Assembly: GCF_048593235.1 (NCBI RefSeq)
Contig: NC_133621.1
Location: forward strand, 128,489,341-128,522,901
Source of the DNA: Sminthopsis crassicaudata
Lineage: Eukaryota
Length of the DNA: 33,561 nucleotides
Direction of reading: 5' to 3'
Both the position numbers and the translations under genes were made by a program. Positions 11,251-23,737 of the stretch are shown piece after piece. Every line of letters begins with the position of its first letter. Positions within the stretch are counted from its first letter, which is position 1. The notes beneath the pieces are model-generated. The model was not told the DNA's origin. It ran no database searches and saw nothing but the letters and a program-made list of their open reading frames with translations.

Positions 11251-11639
11251 TCATCTTTTCCTGAAGTTTGAAAATTTATTCTTAACTCCTGTTCAGGACA
11301 TATACATGCAATGTTGACCAAAATGGAAGGAAGAGCAATGTTAAGATGTTAAAAATAAGTAGAAGACATGATTATGAGCCACTAAACAAGGGTCAACCAT
11401 AAAAGACATTTTGTCACTTAAAATTGCAGATGAAACATAAGACATAGAATCTTATCCTTAATATGCTTTTTTGTAAAGTGTGCAGTAGTGTGTCCAGATT
11501 TTTATGTAAAAACATTTCAATCAACAATAGGATGTAGAAAATTTAAAAACAGAGATGCTTAAAACATATCCAAGGCAGGTTTCTGAATCTGTCTTTTTAG
11601 AATATGTCAACATTAGCATTTGATAGATTTGTTCATTAG

Positions 11640-11752
11640 ATATTTAAGTCGATGAGTATTTTTAAAGTGCTTATTATGGACCAGTTACTGTTAAGTGTGG
11701 AGGGTAATGAAAAGCAAAACTAGACCCTGTCCTTAATATGCTCACATTTTAC
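11640..11752 (-). mobile_element. L2 3' end fragment
   Basis: tatttttaaagtgcttattatggaccag...gaccctgtccttaatatgctcacatttta. Confidence 0.55.
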
Positions 11753-12404
11753 ATGCCATATTCAAAGTCATAAACCTATAAAATTGTATGAAATTTTTTC
11801 AAAAGTATTTTTAGTTCTGCTAGATTGATTTTCTTATTTTTAGAAAGAATATTATCTGAATTTCTTCTTAGGTGCACTAGACAATGTTGCAGAGGAAAAA
11901 CTTTGAGAATCTTGGAGTTAAGATTCTTTGGAAATGTTGCATAAAAGATATTAAAATAATTAGATATCATAATAGAAATAAACCTATATCATAGTGATGC
12001 TGCAGCTGCATTAATTTTGACTTTAAGTGGCTCACTTAGATGTGGTGGTTGAGCATGATCCATGAATCCATCTTGTTTATCCTGTGTTTCCTAGTTACTA
12101 TTTTTGCTTGATTGCCTACTCAATTATCAAGTGGCAACTGATAAAGAATGAATGGGAGCTAAATAAAATGGTATGGAGAAGCTAGAGTAGAAAACAGGAA
12201 GGAAATAAAAAAGAATGATCCAGATCATGGTGGAAGCATTCATGATATTAATTCATCATTTATTAAGTTTAGTTTCTCATGATAGTCAGCAAGGAAGTCT
12301 TGATTGCTAAATAGCTTTTGGAATCCAAAAGAATGGGTAGAAGTCTTGTTTCTGATATATGACAACTAAGACTCCATAAGTCACATCACTTTTCAATGCT
12401 CTGG

Positions 12405-12512
12405 GTGGGTGGGGGAGAGATACACAGAAAGGAGGAGAGTGGAGGGGGGAGGGAGGGAGAGAGGGAAGAAGAAAGAGAGAGAGAGAGAGAGAGGGGGGGG
12501 GGGGAAAGAGGA
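12405..12512. repeat. Purine-rich low-complexity tract with (GA)n and G-run
   Basis: Seen directly. It explains the three overlapping ORFs at 12307-12674. Confidence 0.9.
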
Positions 12513-12639
12513 GAACAAACATAGTATGTTAGGTTTGGAATTAGATAAATCAAATTTACCCTCAAGGAACTTACTATTTAATAAGAGATAAATTGTGTAT
12601 ATAGATAAAAATATAACACAAACTGTGCATGTAGGAATA

Positions 12640-12775
12640 CAAAGTAGTATGAGATTAGATGAAAGAGCTATCATATATCTGGAGAAATCAAGGAGAGTTG
12701 GATAGAGGAAGTGGACTTTTTAACTTAGATTTTGAAGGATAGGTAGAATATCAACAGATAAGGCAGAGGTAGAAG
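12640..12775 (-). mobile_element. L2 fragment
   Basis: aaatcaagggagagttgg...ttagattttgaaggataggtagaatatcaacagata. Confidence 0.45.
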
Positions 12776-13959
12776 GATGTTAGAAGCAGTGAATTTTAGC
12801 ACTATAAAGCACTTAATAGTGGTAAGTAAATATTTAACTTTATATGAAAGAGTAGATTCAAGTTTCCTTGAAAGACATGACATTGGAAGAACATTTGATT
12901 GCCTGATTCATTTGATATTAATATAATTATTTGTATCAAAGATAAATATATAGGATTTTTTAATATAATGAGGAATACCTATGGATATATGAAGAAAATA
13001 AGCCACTTTTAATTACAACAATGGTTTATGCTCAGCAAGAATCAATACATAAGAGAATTTATAAAACTTTGTTATACTACTTTTAGCCCAGAAATAGATA
13101 AATGGATCCACCTCTGTACCTATGTCCTAAAAACAACCCACCTGAAATATCTAGCTTTTCATTCTTAATAACTGTAGTTTTCTTCCCAATTCTCCCCCAC
13201 ATGAATTCTGCCTTAAGCTACAAGATAATGAGTAAACAGAAATCATGTCTGTTTTTCAAGATGTGACATGTGGACCAGACATACTAGTGACCCATTATGT
13301 TGCCCTCAAATCACAGAAGAAGGAGACTGAGTCAGAAACACTTGAAAGATGTTCATGTCTCAGCTTTGCCTCATTGGGAGTTTTACATTTTTTTGACTAA
13401 TTTATGTAGTGGATATGCTTCATTAGGAAAAGCATTTCAGCTCAGAGCACCATTATTACAAACTATTTTCTATTTACATACTAGCAAAGTAGACAAGTTC
13501 AAAGAATTTTATTCTCCATGTAGTACAAGAAAATTAAAAACACAGTCACACACAGCTGAAGAGGATTCAGGGAGCTATTTCTGGAAAAACAAGTCAAACC
13601 TGTTCTGGTTTTCTTGAATAGACCTTTGAAAGATTAAGATCATCTTATTTGTTTTTGAGAGGACAAACAAATCTAGCCTTACTTCTTTGATAAGTACCTT
13701 GCTATCCATATTTTCTTTTCATACAGAGTTGAATTAAACAAAATTGGAAAATTATCTACATTTCTTGAAAGGCTAGCATGCTTGGAGTTTCATGTGGAAG
13801 TTTTCTTTTATTTCATTAAAGTTGGGATAGTTCTAGTTGATTTTTTAAAAATAGGCCTAATTTTAAAACTATAGATATGGTTGAGTGCTAAAAACATAGT
13901 GTTTTAGACTAGCTATATGTATTTATTTAATATTCCACATGTAAGTTTTGTTCATTTTT

Positions 13960-14032
13960 ACTTCCTTTCCATCCCCATCACTTAGCAAGGAACCAGGCAC
14001 ATGAAAAGCATTTAATAAATGCTTTATTGACT
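13960..14032 (+). mobile_element. L2 3' terminus
   Basis: cttagcaaggaaccaggcacatgaaaagcatttaataaatgct. Confidence 0.6.
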
Positions 14033-14439
14033 GTAGACAAATGTGGAGATATGCAACTAAGAAAATTTGTCTGGATCAATATTTATAATCTTGTTGCAAA
14101 CTAATCTGAAAGACATCAGGCAAATGCAGTTAACTGGAAAGAAGGTTCATTAGTTCTCTTCAGAGAAGCAAATGCAATTGTTTGCAAAAATAGTTTCACC
14201 ATACCTTAAGACAACATGAAACCTCATTTCGTGGGATACCTGTTCATTTCTCCTTCTTTACTTATGATACTGATAAGCAAAATAGCTTCTGTGCTGATAT
14301 GACATTTATGTTGTACTTTATAAACCTTTTATCATTTGAGCCTGAGAAGACCCGATGAGGAAGTTAACATGTATTTCTTTTATTATTTACAACCCCAGTA
14401 CCCCATCTAAAGTCTGACACCAAATGTTTATCGAGGTAT

Positions 14440-14577
14440 TCATTGACATTATTATCCCTATCTTAATATATTTGAAAACTAAGATATAGGGAGTTTGTCC
14501 ATGGCAATATTTGAACCCAGGTTTTCATGAGTCATTTCTTGTTTAAAACCAACATTCTATCTATCTTGCCATGATAC
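14440..14577 (-). mobile_element. Degraded MIR
   Basis: attattatccctatctta...gaaaactaag...atttgaacccagg. Confidence 0.55.
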
Positions 14578-14967
14578 TTCTCTAAAATCGTTATATCTTA
14601 TAGACCAACTTACGTTGCACAGAATTAAATTGACATATTAAAATTTTTATTATAATTATCATTATTATTATTGTTATTATTACCCAGCTAGAAGCTGAAT
14701 GGACTATAATACTTTGAAACCTACACATATGTCCCTATTCAAGGAAGGATGATATCTTTGCTCATATTGATGCTTTCATTCAATTTGACAATTTGATCTG
14801 CTTATTGCTAGAGAGTAATATAAAGAGAGTTGGTCAAAAAGCTAATATGAAAAACTACATAACTTCTCATTTCCCCCAATCAGATATTAATTGTGTGCTT
14901 TCATTTTTTCCCCTTGGAAATCTAATGTTTTGCATTTCTGTATCTTAGAAAAGAATCTTATTTCAGA

Positions 14968-15200
14968 AGTAAAAAGAACTAGACTGTGAATCTATAGATT
15001 TGGGGTTTTAAATCCTGTTTCTGACATTTTACCTGCCTTATAACCATGGCCTAGTCATTGATTCTTAATTTTCTTATCTGTAAAATATAAATAATCCTTT
15101 TCAATCCAGTAAATAAAATACTACCTATCTCATAGAATAACTGTGAAGAAAATACCTTGTACACCTGAAAGCACTAGCTTTGCAAATGTGAGTAGTTATC
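14968..15200 (+). mobile_element. MIR
   Basis: ttttaaatcctg, ttttcttatctgtaaaat, ctacctatctcatagaataactgtgaag, aaagcacta. Confidence 0.7.
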
Positions 15201-16321
15201 AGAAATATATTCAACATAAATATAAAAGGATGTTTCAAAATCAAAATATATCTGCTATTGAGGATTACCTAGGTCTTTAATTTTCTAATGTATAATTGAA
15301 CATTGTGCTATTAGTTCTTTTCATTCACAATAGAGTAGAATGTTTTTCAACCAGAAAAATAAAAGTTCATTTGAAAATTCTTTTCTAAAGTTCTGAGGAG
15401 TACCTTTTCTACCATTAAACTTGGGATTAATCACAAGCATTTCAGTTTATGAAAAGTGTCTCATAAAATGCCAATTTTATTTGGAAGATATAATTTCCCT
15501 TCTGCATTTGAGTAAAGCTAGTAAGAAGCATAAATGATTTTTTAAATTATAACTGGGATTAATATGCCGTTGCCTACCCAGAAGCTTTTTTTATTTCACA
15601 ATTTATATCTGGAGCTATCATTACCCTATTTCTAGCCTGTATAGATCCTTGGACCATTAAGACATCCCTGTGGCCTACCTTGAGAAGAAAATTGGAATAT
15701 AAATTCAGATTGTAATCTTGTGAAGCAAAATCAGTTGTGAAATTCTCAACTGATTCAGACTGAGAAGCCTTTTAACTTCCTGTGTAGATAAGGCCTGCAG
15801 TGTCATACAGCCAAGGAAGAACAGTGTTTATTCAACTAAAGGGACATTCATACTGGAAAAATAAAAAGCAAGTGCTGTAGCAAAACAATCAGCTATTTAG
15901 TGAATCTAATGCCTCCCTTGATCCTCTATTTCTAAATAATGTAGCTGTTCTGTGGAAGAAAATTTCTCAGAGTGGCAGTATTCCGATTATCTAATTCTAT
16001 GCTCTCATTCCCAAATCCAATCTTTACATGACGAAAGTGAATGGAAAGACATCAGAATGCCAAATGCCTGTTGGGCTTCAATCTATCCCTGCTGTGTTTG
16101 ACTCAGATACTAAGTGGTTTGGTTAATCCTAGTTTAGCTTCTGTGCTGTGCTTTGAATGGTGGTACTGACATGGCAGTCTTAAAATCTTGTAAGCCAGCT
16201 CTCTAGTGTATCCCTGTTGCTCAACAGAACATATAATGTAATTAATACAGCCAAAGCAAATTTAAAGTTCAAGTATATTTGTTGAATAATTTATTTAGTG
16301 TTTTTACCTATTATCTCTTAT

Positions 16322-16420
16322 AGGATAGTAGATAGAAAGCTGGTCTTGATGTTGGAAAGACTTGGCTTTGTGTCCTGCTTCTGTTTCTATGTGGCCTTGA
16401 AAACTTACTTAGCCTCTTTA
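16322..16420 (+). mobile_element. MIR 5' fragment
   Basis: gtagatagaaagctggtcttgatgttggaaagacttgg...tgtggccttg. Confidence 0.55.
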
Positions 16421-16754
16421 TTGCTGTATGTTAACTATTTGAGAGAGTGCTTCTTAATTGTCTTAAGTGACATTTAATTCAGTTTTTCATTTTATTCAAT
16501 ATTTATGTAGTTAGTAATTGTGAGCCATAATATTACAAATGTTTCTTTTAATCCTTGGCCTCTTTTAATTCACATACTACTTCAAATACCTCAAAACATC
16601 TTGGGTTTTTTCCTTTCCATTTTCATTCTCTTTCCTCATTGGCAACTCAACAAATATATTTGGTGGAGAGAGGGAGGAGGAATATCAATATATAGCTATA
16701 GTTTAATGTCTTTGCCATTTGATAGCATGTGATTCTTGACCAATAATGGGATAC

Positions 16755-17075
16755 AGTGTTAAGGACCATGCCTGGGTGAAGGGGCAGGTCAATTCTCCAA
16801 GAATTTCCTCAGCTGTGGATCATAACACTTGAAGGAGTTGCAAAGCAGCCTTTGCTGATGCAAGTGTTCTTTGTGGACTGGGAATGAAATAAATTGGAGG
16901 CAAGAGGGAAGAGGAGGGAGATCAGAGAACAACTGCCTCTCAGTCTCCTTGTATCATCATCATCTGCTCACTTGAAGAGATCCATTCTACAGGTCTGAGT
17001 TAGACCTCCAACAGCCACTGGCAGGTGGCTTCCATATCACAACAATACAGTATAAACAGTGTTTCTGGAACCAAA
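16755..17075 (-). mobile_element. Marsupial RTE-clade retroposon fragment (WALLSI/RTE-Mars-like)
   Basis: ccaagaatttcctcagctgtgg...acacttgaagg and acagccactggcaggtggcttcca...gtgtttctgga match my recollection of marsupial RTE-type consensus. Family assignment is unverified. Confidence 0.5.
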
Positions 17076-17505
17076 TCAGCTATAAATTTTGGAACTCTTT
17101 AGATAGGAGAAAGGCTGTTGAGATTCATTTCTTCAGTGATTAACTCTGAATGTGTGTGTATTTGAGAGTGAAAATTTTGCTTTCTCAATAGAGTGGAGTA
17201 GGATTTGTCTTAAGCTAATACTCAACTTTATGTACTATTAAACTTCTCCCACACAGTTGCAAGACATAGGGAATTTGCATCTGTACAGAATTTGGATCTA
17301 AAAATGGAAGAACATAGACAGATGAAGATATCTAGAACTTCCACTAGTAATACTAATATAGTTAAAAGATGAGCTTCTAAATAATTTGTATATCATTTCA
17401 TGTCCAGTTGCCACTAATAAAAATCCAATATAATTGGGCCGTTTGTACATATATAATTTTTACTGCAGGGGAGACCATGGGATTTTGGGAGTTCTAGACT
17501 ATATT

Positions 17506-17664
17506 TTTGTTGTTGTTGTTGTTGTTTTCCTGAGGCTGGGGTTAAGTGACTTGCCCAGGGTCACACAGCTAGGAAGTATTAAGTGTCTGAGACCAGAGTT
17601 GAACTCCGGTCCTCCTGAATTCAAGGCTGATGCTCTATCCACTGCACCACCTAGCTGCCCCCAA
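17506..17664 (-). mobile_element. WSINE1 SINE, full length, with (AAC)n tail
   Basis: Near-consensus ggggttaagtgacttgcccagggtcacacagctaggaag...ccacctagctgcccc. TSD ttctagacta(t/c)att at 17492-17505 and 17665-17678. Confidence 0.95.
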
Positions 17665-18927
17665 TTCTAGACTACATTAAGGTAAAGTCAGTTGGATGTC
17701 TACAGAAAATCTGGAACCAATATATTGAGCACCCAGGAGTTAGGGGATAGCAGGTGGGCTAAGAAGGGGAAAATTAAGCCAGGTCAAAAAAGGAACAGTA
17801 CAGAGCTTCCAAGCTGAGAAGCAATGGAGTAGTCCATGAGTGGCTGCTTTACTTTAAGCTTGGATGAGAAAGAAAGACCCCATCTGAACACAAAATAAAT
17901 TAAAAAACAAAGACAAAAATCCCTTTATAACCTAAAATGGGCATGGTTCTAAGAAGGCTGAATTGATAGGTTTGTTTGCTGTGTTATATTTATATGATAT
18001 CACATAAACAAAAAAAAATAACACTTAAGAATTATAGATTACTCCTCCATTCTTTCCATGAATATGTGACTTTGTTCATTAGTCAAATTGATGTTTAAAT
18101 TACTTTTTTTTAACCACTGTTAATAGATATATCCTGAGAAGAGGAGTTAGTATCAACATTTTTTTTTTAAATGCATAGGACAACTCTCAGACTACAAATA
18201 AAACAAATTGTGATAGTATCTTCACAATGGTATGGAAAAGGGCATTAGGAATAAAAATATGAGCACTGATTTTCTAGAAATGTTCTTTTTTTTTTTCCCA
18301 CATAAATAACCCCTTCAGAACCATTCTTTTGACTTATTTGTAAAGCTCTTTGCAAACCTTAAAGTGCTATCTGAATGCAACCCATTATTCTTCTTATCAT
18401 TTGAGATATATGCAATAGACCCATTACACTATTTTAGGGATGATCTTGATTCTATTTTAAATGCTCTGCTTTTGTAAAGTAGGACTTTTACCGGGATTCT
18501 GAGGATATTCAAGTACATAAACAGATGTCTCCATTCTAGGGAATTGCTGATCCAGGAGAGTGGGGGAGGAAATGGAAGGATCCTGAACTTCCTGCATAGG
18601 ATTCCAGTGAGAGCTGTAATGTGCCACCTACACAGAGAAAATGCTATCATCTGGGCTTGTGCCACCAATGCTTTCAGACTTTGCACTCTACTTTCTATTA
18701 TAAAGTGGGTGGCAGAACTTGAAGAATTAAAAAAAAATAGATTCTTGCTTGTAACACTAAAAAAAGCTCTCTATTCAGGGTCCCCACTCTGCCCCCCCCT
18801 CCAAAAATGTATAGCCATTAATGCTTCTGAGGAAAAGATTCAAAGGAAAGCTAAATATTTTCCAATACTGTAAACTCTCTGGGAGTGGTAGTTAGTTATC
18901 ACTTAGAATATAAAGGATACTATAAAA

Positions 18928-19095
18928 CATGCGCCCTTAACCTGGGTTCTTTGACTTCCTTTTAAAAATTTGATAAAATTGTTTCAATGTAATTTGTGTC
19001 TTTTTAATTTAAAAATGTCATTGTGATAGGTATTTATAAGCTTTATCAGATTGTCAAAGGAGATCCATGACACACCAAAAGGCTAAAAACCTGTT
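18928..19095. mobile_element. hAT-Charlie (MER5-like) non-autonomous DNA transposon/MITE
   Basis: Degenerate TIRs (cttaacctggg ... atccatgacacaccaaaaggctaaaaacctg). Possible 8-bp TSD ctataaaa (18920-18927) / ctttaaga (19096-19103), 6 of 8 identical. Confidence 0.7.
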
Positions 19096-19104
19096 CTTTA
19101 AGAA

Positions 19105-19260
19105 AACTCAGAAGATTTGTATTTTAGTACTGGCTTTGCTACTTGCTAGGTTTGTGATCCTGGGAAAGTCATCTAGGCTTGCTGAACATCAACTTCCTAA
19201 TTTCTAAAGATATGAGGGAATTGGACTATTAAAGTTTTTCCAATTCTGAAATACTACTAT
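19105..19260 (+). mobile_element. MIR3/MAR CORE-SINE
   Basis: tttgtgatcctgggaaagtcatcta...gggaattggacta...ttccaattctgaaat. Confidence 0.6.
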
Positions 19261-19399
19261 TCTCCTTATACTATTATCATGACATTTTTCTGTTCTACAT
19301 TATGCTCCACAAACTGTCAATAATAACATTTTTTCTTTATCCAATAGTCACTTACCAACTCACATCCAAATATAGCCCCACTCCAAAAAGAAATTTCCA

Positions 19400-21720
19400 A
19401 AAAAGAACTAAGCAGAACTACTTAGTAGAATTAATTTATTGCCACAAATAGTACATATACTTTTCTGTATTTATATTATTTATTTATAATAATATTTATA
19501 TTATTATTTATTTATATTGGCTAAAACAAAGAAAAGATCAGTGTCACCCTTGTTCATCATATTTGACATGACTTATCTTTATTTACAATGTTGTCATTAT
19601 TGTGTTTATTGTATTCTATTCTGCCTCACTCAAATCTAATTCACATGCAAACCAAGACATGATGGGTTGATGTTATTAGTTCTCTTCAAGAATGAAGGAT
19701 GACCAACAGCAATAAGCACTGTGCATCTTTCACTCTATCACTTAAAAAATACTTTCTGTATTCAATATTCTGAATATTCATTGTTCTGAACAGTGTAATG
19801 TTGTTACATTCATATTCCATAATCTATGTATCCCCTTCACATATAGTGTTTCTAGCATTTTGCTATTACAAGTACTTCAGTGAATATATTTTGTACCTGA
19901 AATATTTTTGTACATAAATATATTTTGTACATGAGGGTCAATCAAGTAGTGAGATTGCTGGTTCAAAGAATATAGATAAGTTAGTTAGAATATAGATAAG
20001 ATAGACATCTTATTAATTTAGGGTTTTTTTTTTTTTAACCAAAATTCACAATTCAATCAGCCCTGAATTGGTCTATCTCCTTAAAACTTGCTTTAATTTA
20101 AAAGAATTACAGTGTTTTTCCATTAATCCATTTGATGGGTATGATATAATACAACTTTAGTTTACTTTGAATATTTTTTAATCTGGTCATTAAAAAGTAT
20201 TTAAAATAATTCTTTATATTTTTATTATATCTAGTGAGGAATAAACATCAATTTTATATAATTATGTAAATTTGCTATTAATTTTGTATTCATATTATTA
20301 ATGAAATTTACTGAAAAGATTTTCCCCTAATCTATACCTTTCTTTCTTATTGTAGCCTCATTAATTTTTTGTGCAACATCTTTTTCATTTTATCATAATT
20401 TATCTGTTTTGTCTTTTATAATTTCTACTTTTTCATTTGATTATGAATTTTCCCCCTATTCATATTTGAACAAAAATAGAGAAGAGAAACTATTCTCATC
20501 TCACTTTTTAGTGCTGTAATTTAAAAATAGATCTTTTAAAAATCCATTTGAAACTTTTTGTAATAGATGTTATACATTTATCAACTCAACTTATATCAGA
20601 CTATTTGTTTTTCTTGTGAGTTTTTATCACATAAAAAGATCTTGGGATTATTCAGAGAGTAGATTTGCAACACATCTGTGTTTAGATATTGCTTATATAA
20701 TCTATTTCCCTATGGGATTGTAATTTTTTAAAATTCTAAATCATATTGGTTTGATTATTACTCACAAACATAAATTAAGATGTGGTAATTACAAACTGTC
20801 TTCCACTTTATCTTTTTTTAAAATTTATATTATTTTTACCCATGATATTCCCAACTTTTAATTTCTTCATATAAATTGTCATTTGAATAATTCCATCTTG
20901 TATCTCCTTAGTAATTTGATTGGCATTGCCCTAAATCTGTAAATTAATTTAAATAACATAGTCATTTTATTATTTTGCTATGGTCCTGCTGTGAATATTT
21001 TACTAAATCCTCAATTATTTAAGTCTTCATTTATTTCTTTTAAAATTGTTTTGTAACTGTCTTTTTAAAAGGTCTGTGTATATTTTGTAAGGTGAACTTC
21101 CAGATATTTAGTGCATCTTAGTTCAATTATAATTTCTACTTCTGTTATTTCTTTTTAATATTTTCTAGTAACAGTGATTTTTGTAGATTAATTTTGGATT
21201 ATTTTCCTTGCTGTAGTTATTTTCTAGGTGAATATTTCTTATTCACCTTTTAAGTTTCTGTTAGTAATTTATCCTATCATCTATGAACAGAGATAATTTT
21301 GCCTCTAGTTTTTTTGTCCTTATTGTCTTAAACTGTTACAAATAAACAATAATAGAGAGAGTTGGGATCCTCATTTTACCCCTAATATTATTGGGAAAGT
21401 TTGCAATATTTCTACTTTACCAATAATACTAATTCTTGCTTTTGAAATAAATACTTTTCATCATCAATACATTTCCAAACACTTTACTCTTTAGCATTTT
21501 AAAAAAATGATTGTTGTATTATATAAAGCTCTTTGGGTGGGGGTGGGGAGAGGCATTTGTGGTTCTAATGGTGTGATTTTGTTTATGTTTTAAACATTAT
21601 TAATTATAGCTATTAATTTTCCAAATATGTTTTCCTAATATAATTTTAGTATTATTCCTTTCTTCTACATCTTTTGCTTAACTTTCTTTACTTTGTAATG
21701 TTTGTTCATAGTTTTAGAAC
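19400..21720 (-). mobile_element. Long, highly degraded LINE-1 (3' UTR back into the ORF2 RT region)
   Basis: gtagtgagattgctggttcaaag, ttgattggcattgccctaaatctgtaaattaattt, gagagttgggatcctcattttacccctaatattattggg. Confidence 0.75.
19621..19712 (+). mobile_element. 5'-truncated RTE-clade (WALLSI-type) 3' tail inserted in L1
   Basis: ctcactcaaatctaattcacatgca...tgatgttattagttctcttcaagaatgaaggatgaccaaca resembles the marsupial RTE/WALLSI 3' end (tcctcttcgagaacgaaggacaaacaaca). Confidence 0.65.
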
Positions 21721-21769
21721 CCCTTATTGCTTTCTCTTTTTTTTTTTTCCGTTTCTCTATTGGGAGGTG

Positions 21770-21770
21770 G

Positions 21771-21810
<40 letters not shown>
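21770..21810. repeat. (GTT)n microsatellite
   Basis: Seen directly. Source of the poly-Val and poly-Cys ORFs. Confidence 0.97.
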
Positions 21811-22261
21811 GTGTTGTGTGCTTTCCTTATGTTTAATGTTGTTTTATTTTATATGGATTATTTTCATATGAACTTCCATACTTCCATCACCATTACTTGG
21901 TTGAGAAAGGGAAATTAGACTTAGTTGCAACCCTTCATTTAGTTATCTTCCTTGTTATGAATTACTTAATTAATGCTGAGAGAAAACAGGGCGCTGAGAA
22001 ATAAGTAGGTAAGAAAGTGGAAAGGTAGGGAAAAGTCTGCATCCCAGGGGCATAGTGGGGAGAGGGGGGGAAGAGGAAAACTGACCTGTACCTCTATCCT
22101 TCCTACTCTTTCAGCAATATCTTTTCCAGTACATCTAAATTTAAATTAAAGACAAATGTATCTCTTAGTGAAGGAAGAACAGGAAAAGAACAAGATGCAG
22201 TTAATTTTGGAAATAGCAGATGTGTAAGAATTGTTATTGGGGAAAATATAGGTAAAGAACA

Positions 22262-22390
22262 ACTAATTAGCTCTGTGACATAAAGTCCATGTTTCTTCCC
22301 TGGGCCTTAGTTTATTCTGTAAAATTAATTTTTCCTTAGGTGATTTAAAATTTTTTTCTACCTTTTGACATTCCATTATTTTGTGTTCTA
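22262..22390 (+). mobile_element. Degraded MIR3 fragment
   Basis: ctgtgacataaagtc...ccctgggccttagtttattctgtaaaat. Confidence 0.5.
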
Positions 22391-22599
22391 ATCCTATCAG
22401 TGTGACTGATAGAATAGTCAAAAGTAAACTTATCAGTTAATAAAAACAACTGGGTCAAAACAAAACCCTCAAACTGCCATGTCTTCCACACATAAAAAGG
22501 TCTTGCTTATTCTCCCCTGTTTTCCCACACATAACACTCTGCCTTCATTTTTTATGGCTCTGATAAAAGAACTACAGATATAGTCACTCCAAGAACTGG

Positions 22600-23400
22600 T
22601 CATTCACCCAGTCTGGATAAAGTATTCATCTTCTTCAATGTCCTTTAATATAGAGAGTATTTTTTTCCTTGAGTGACCCTGTCTGTGCAGGGCCAAGAGC
22701 CCCTTTATAGCATCTACAAATTCTATGCTGTGATGTACACTGTGGCATAAGGTGTGGATTCTTTCAAGAAGGGGGAAGGAAGTGGTGGTGATAAAATCCC
22801 TGGCAGGGGTTGAATAAAAATGGCACTGAAATCATTGACTTTCCTTTTCTCCTCATTGTTTTGATGCCGAGTGAGTCATCTTCAGCTGGTAGATGGAGAA
22901 CACTTTAAACTCTTGTTTATTTTTCCAGCTGCTCAGCAATTCTTGTCATTGGTGAATTATTCCTTGGTAATGATGGTTGGATTCTGTAAGGAAAATTACC
23001 AAGACTAAACCCACTCTTACTTTTTTAAGTCATATTTCCTGAGATAGCTAAGAGAAACCATGGCTTAAGATTTTCATCAAGATTAATGACAACTTCTACC
23101 CACAGAGATTATCTGCTATATTATCCCCAAATGGATTAGATACCATCTTGACATTCATGGTTTTTCATTTCAGTGTGGAGAAACTTATGTCATTACTGTT
23201 CCCACTTCCCTATAATTTTCAATTCATTTTCTTATGTCACGAATAGACAGGGCTTTCCAGAATTATCCCCTGATGAACTCTGTTTAGCCCTGGAAGACTG
23301 ACATATTCTCAGAAAAGACACTTTTCATTCCTTTGAGATTCTATTGTGCTATGCTCAAGATATCCCATCTAAGCTGAGAAGTTTATCAGAGGTTGAAAAA
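22600..23400. promoter_or_regulatory. Candidate enhancer (repeat-free, motif-rich)
   Basis: AP-1 TGAGTCA at 22872-22878, two CAGCTG E-boxes, TGATAA, TGTTTAT and TGCTCAGCA within about 150 bp. Motif evidence only. Confidence 0.3.
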
Positions 23401-23659
23401 ACCCCACAAATAGACAAGTATAGTTTTTAATACTAGAAGGGTCACCTACCTTAATTGATATCATAAAAATGTAATTTTACTTGGAAATACAATGTTTCAT
23501 CTTGCTTTATGGGTTAAACAAATACACTGCATCTATTGATTTATTTGGGTTCTTCAAGTTATTATTAAATTCTGATCCCTTTAATAAAATAAGAAATGCT
23601 TCTATTTTTCTAAGAAGTAACCTCTGTAAGAAACTTTTGGCTTGAGATTTCATCTGTAG

Positions 23660-23737
23660 GAGTAATCTAAGAGTGTCCACCCTCAGTGATATCAAATCAC
23701 TTGCCCCACATTCTCCCAAACTATCTTTTTCAAATAG
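23660..23737 (+). other. Candidate 78-nt internal exon (host gene unknown)
   Basis: Acceptor tttcatctgtag|G, donor AG|GTGAGT, length divisible by 3, one open frame (SNLRVSTLSDIKSLAPHSPKLSFSN). No homolog recognised. Confidence 0.25.

Noticed and set aside
12314-12331. Short palindrome cttttggaatccaaaag
   Set aside because: An isolated, AT-rich 8-bp-arm palindrome is expected occasionally by chance and has no supporting context.
13764-13793. About 25 of 30 nt similarity to the reverse complement of about 6182-6211
   Set aside because: It does not extend on either side, and a rough estimate says such a match is expected by chance in an all-versus-all comparison of 33 kb AT-rich DNA.
14715-14925. 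Stop-free frame of about 68 codons (KDDIFAHIDAFIQFDNL...)
   Set aside because: No flanking splice sites or homology; not exceptional.
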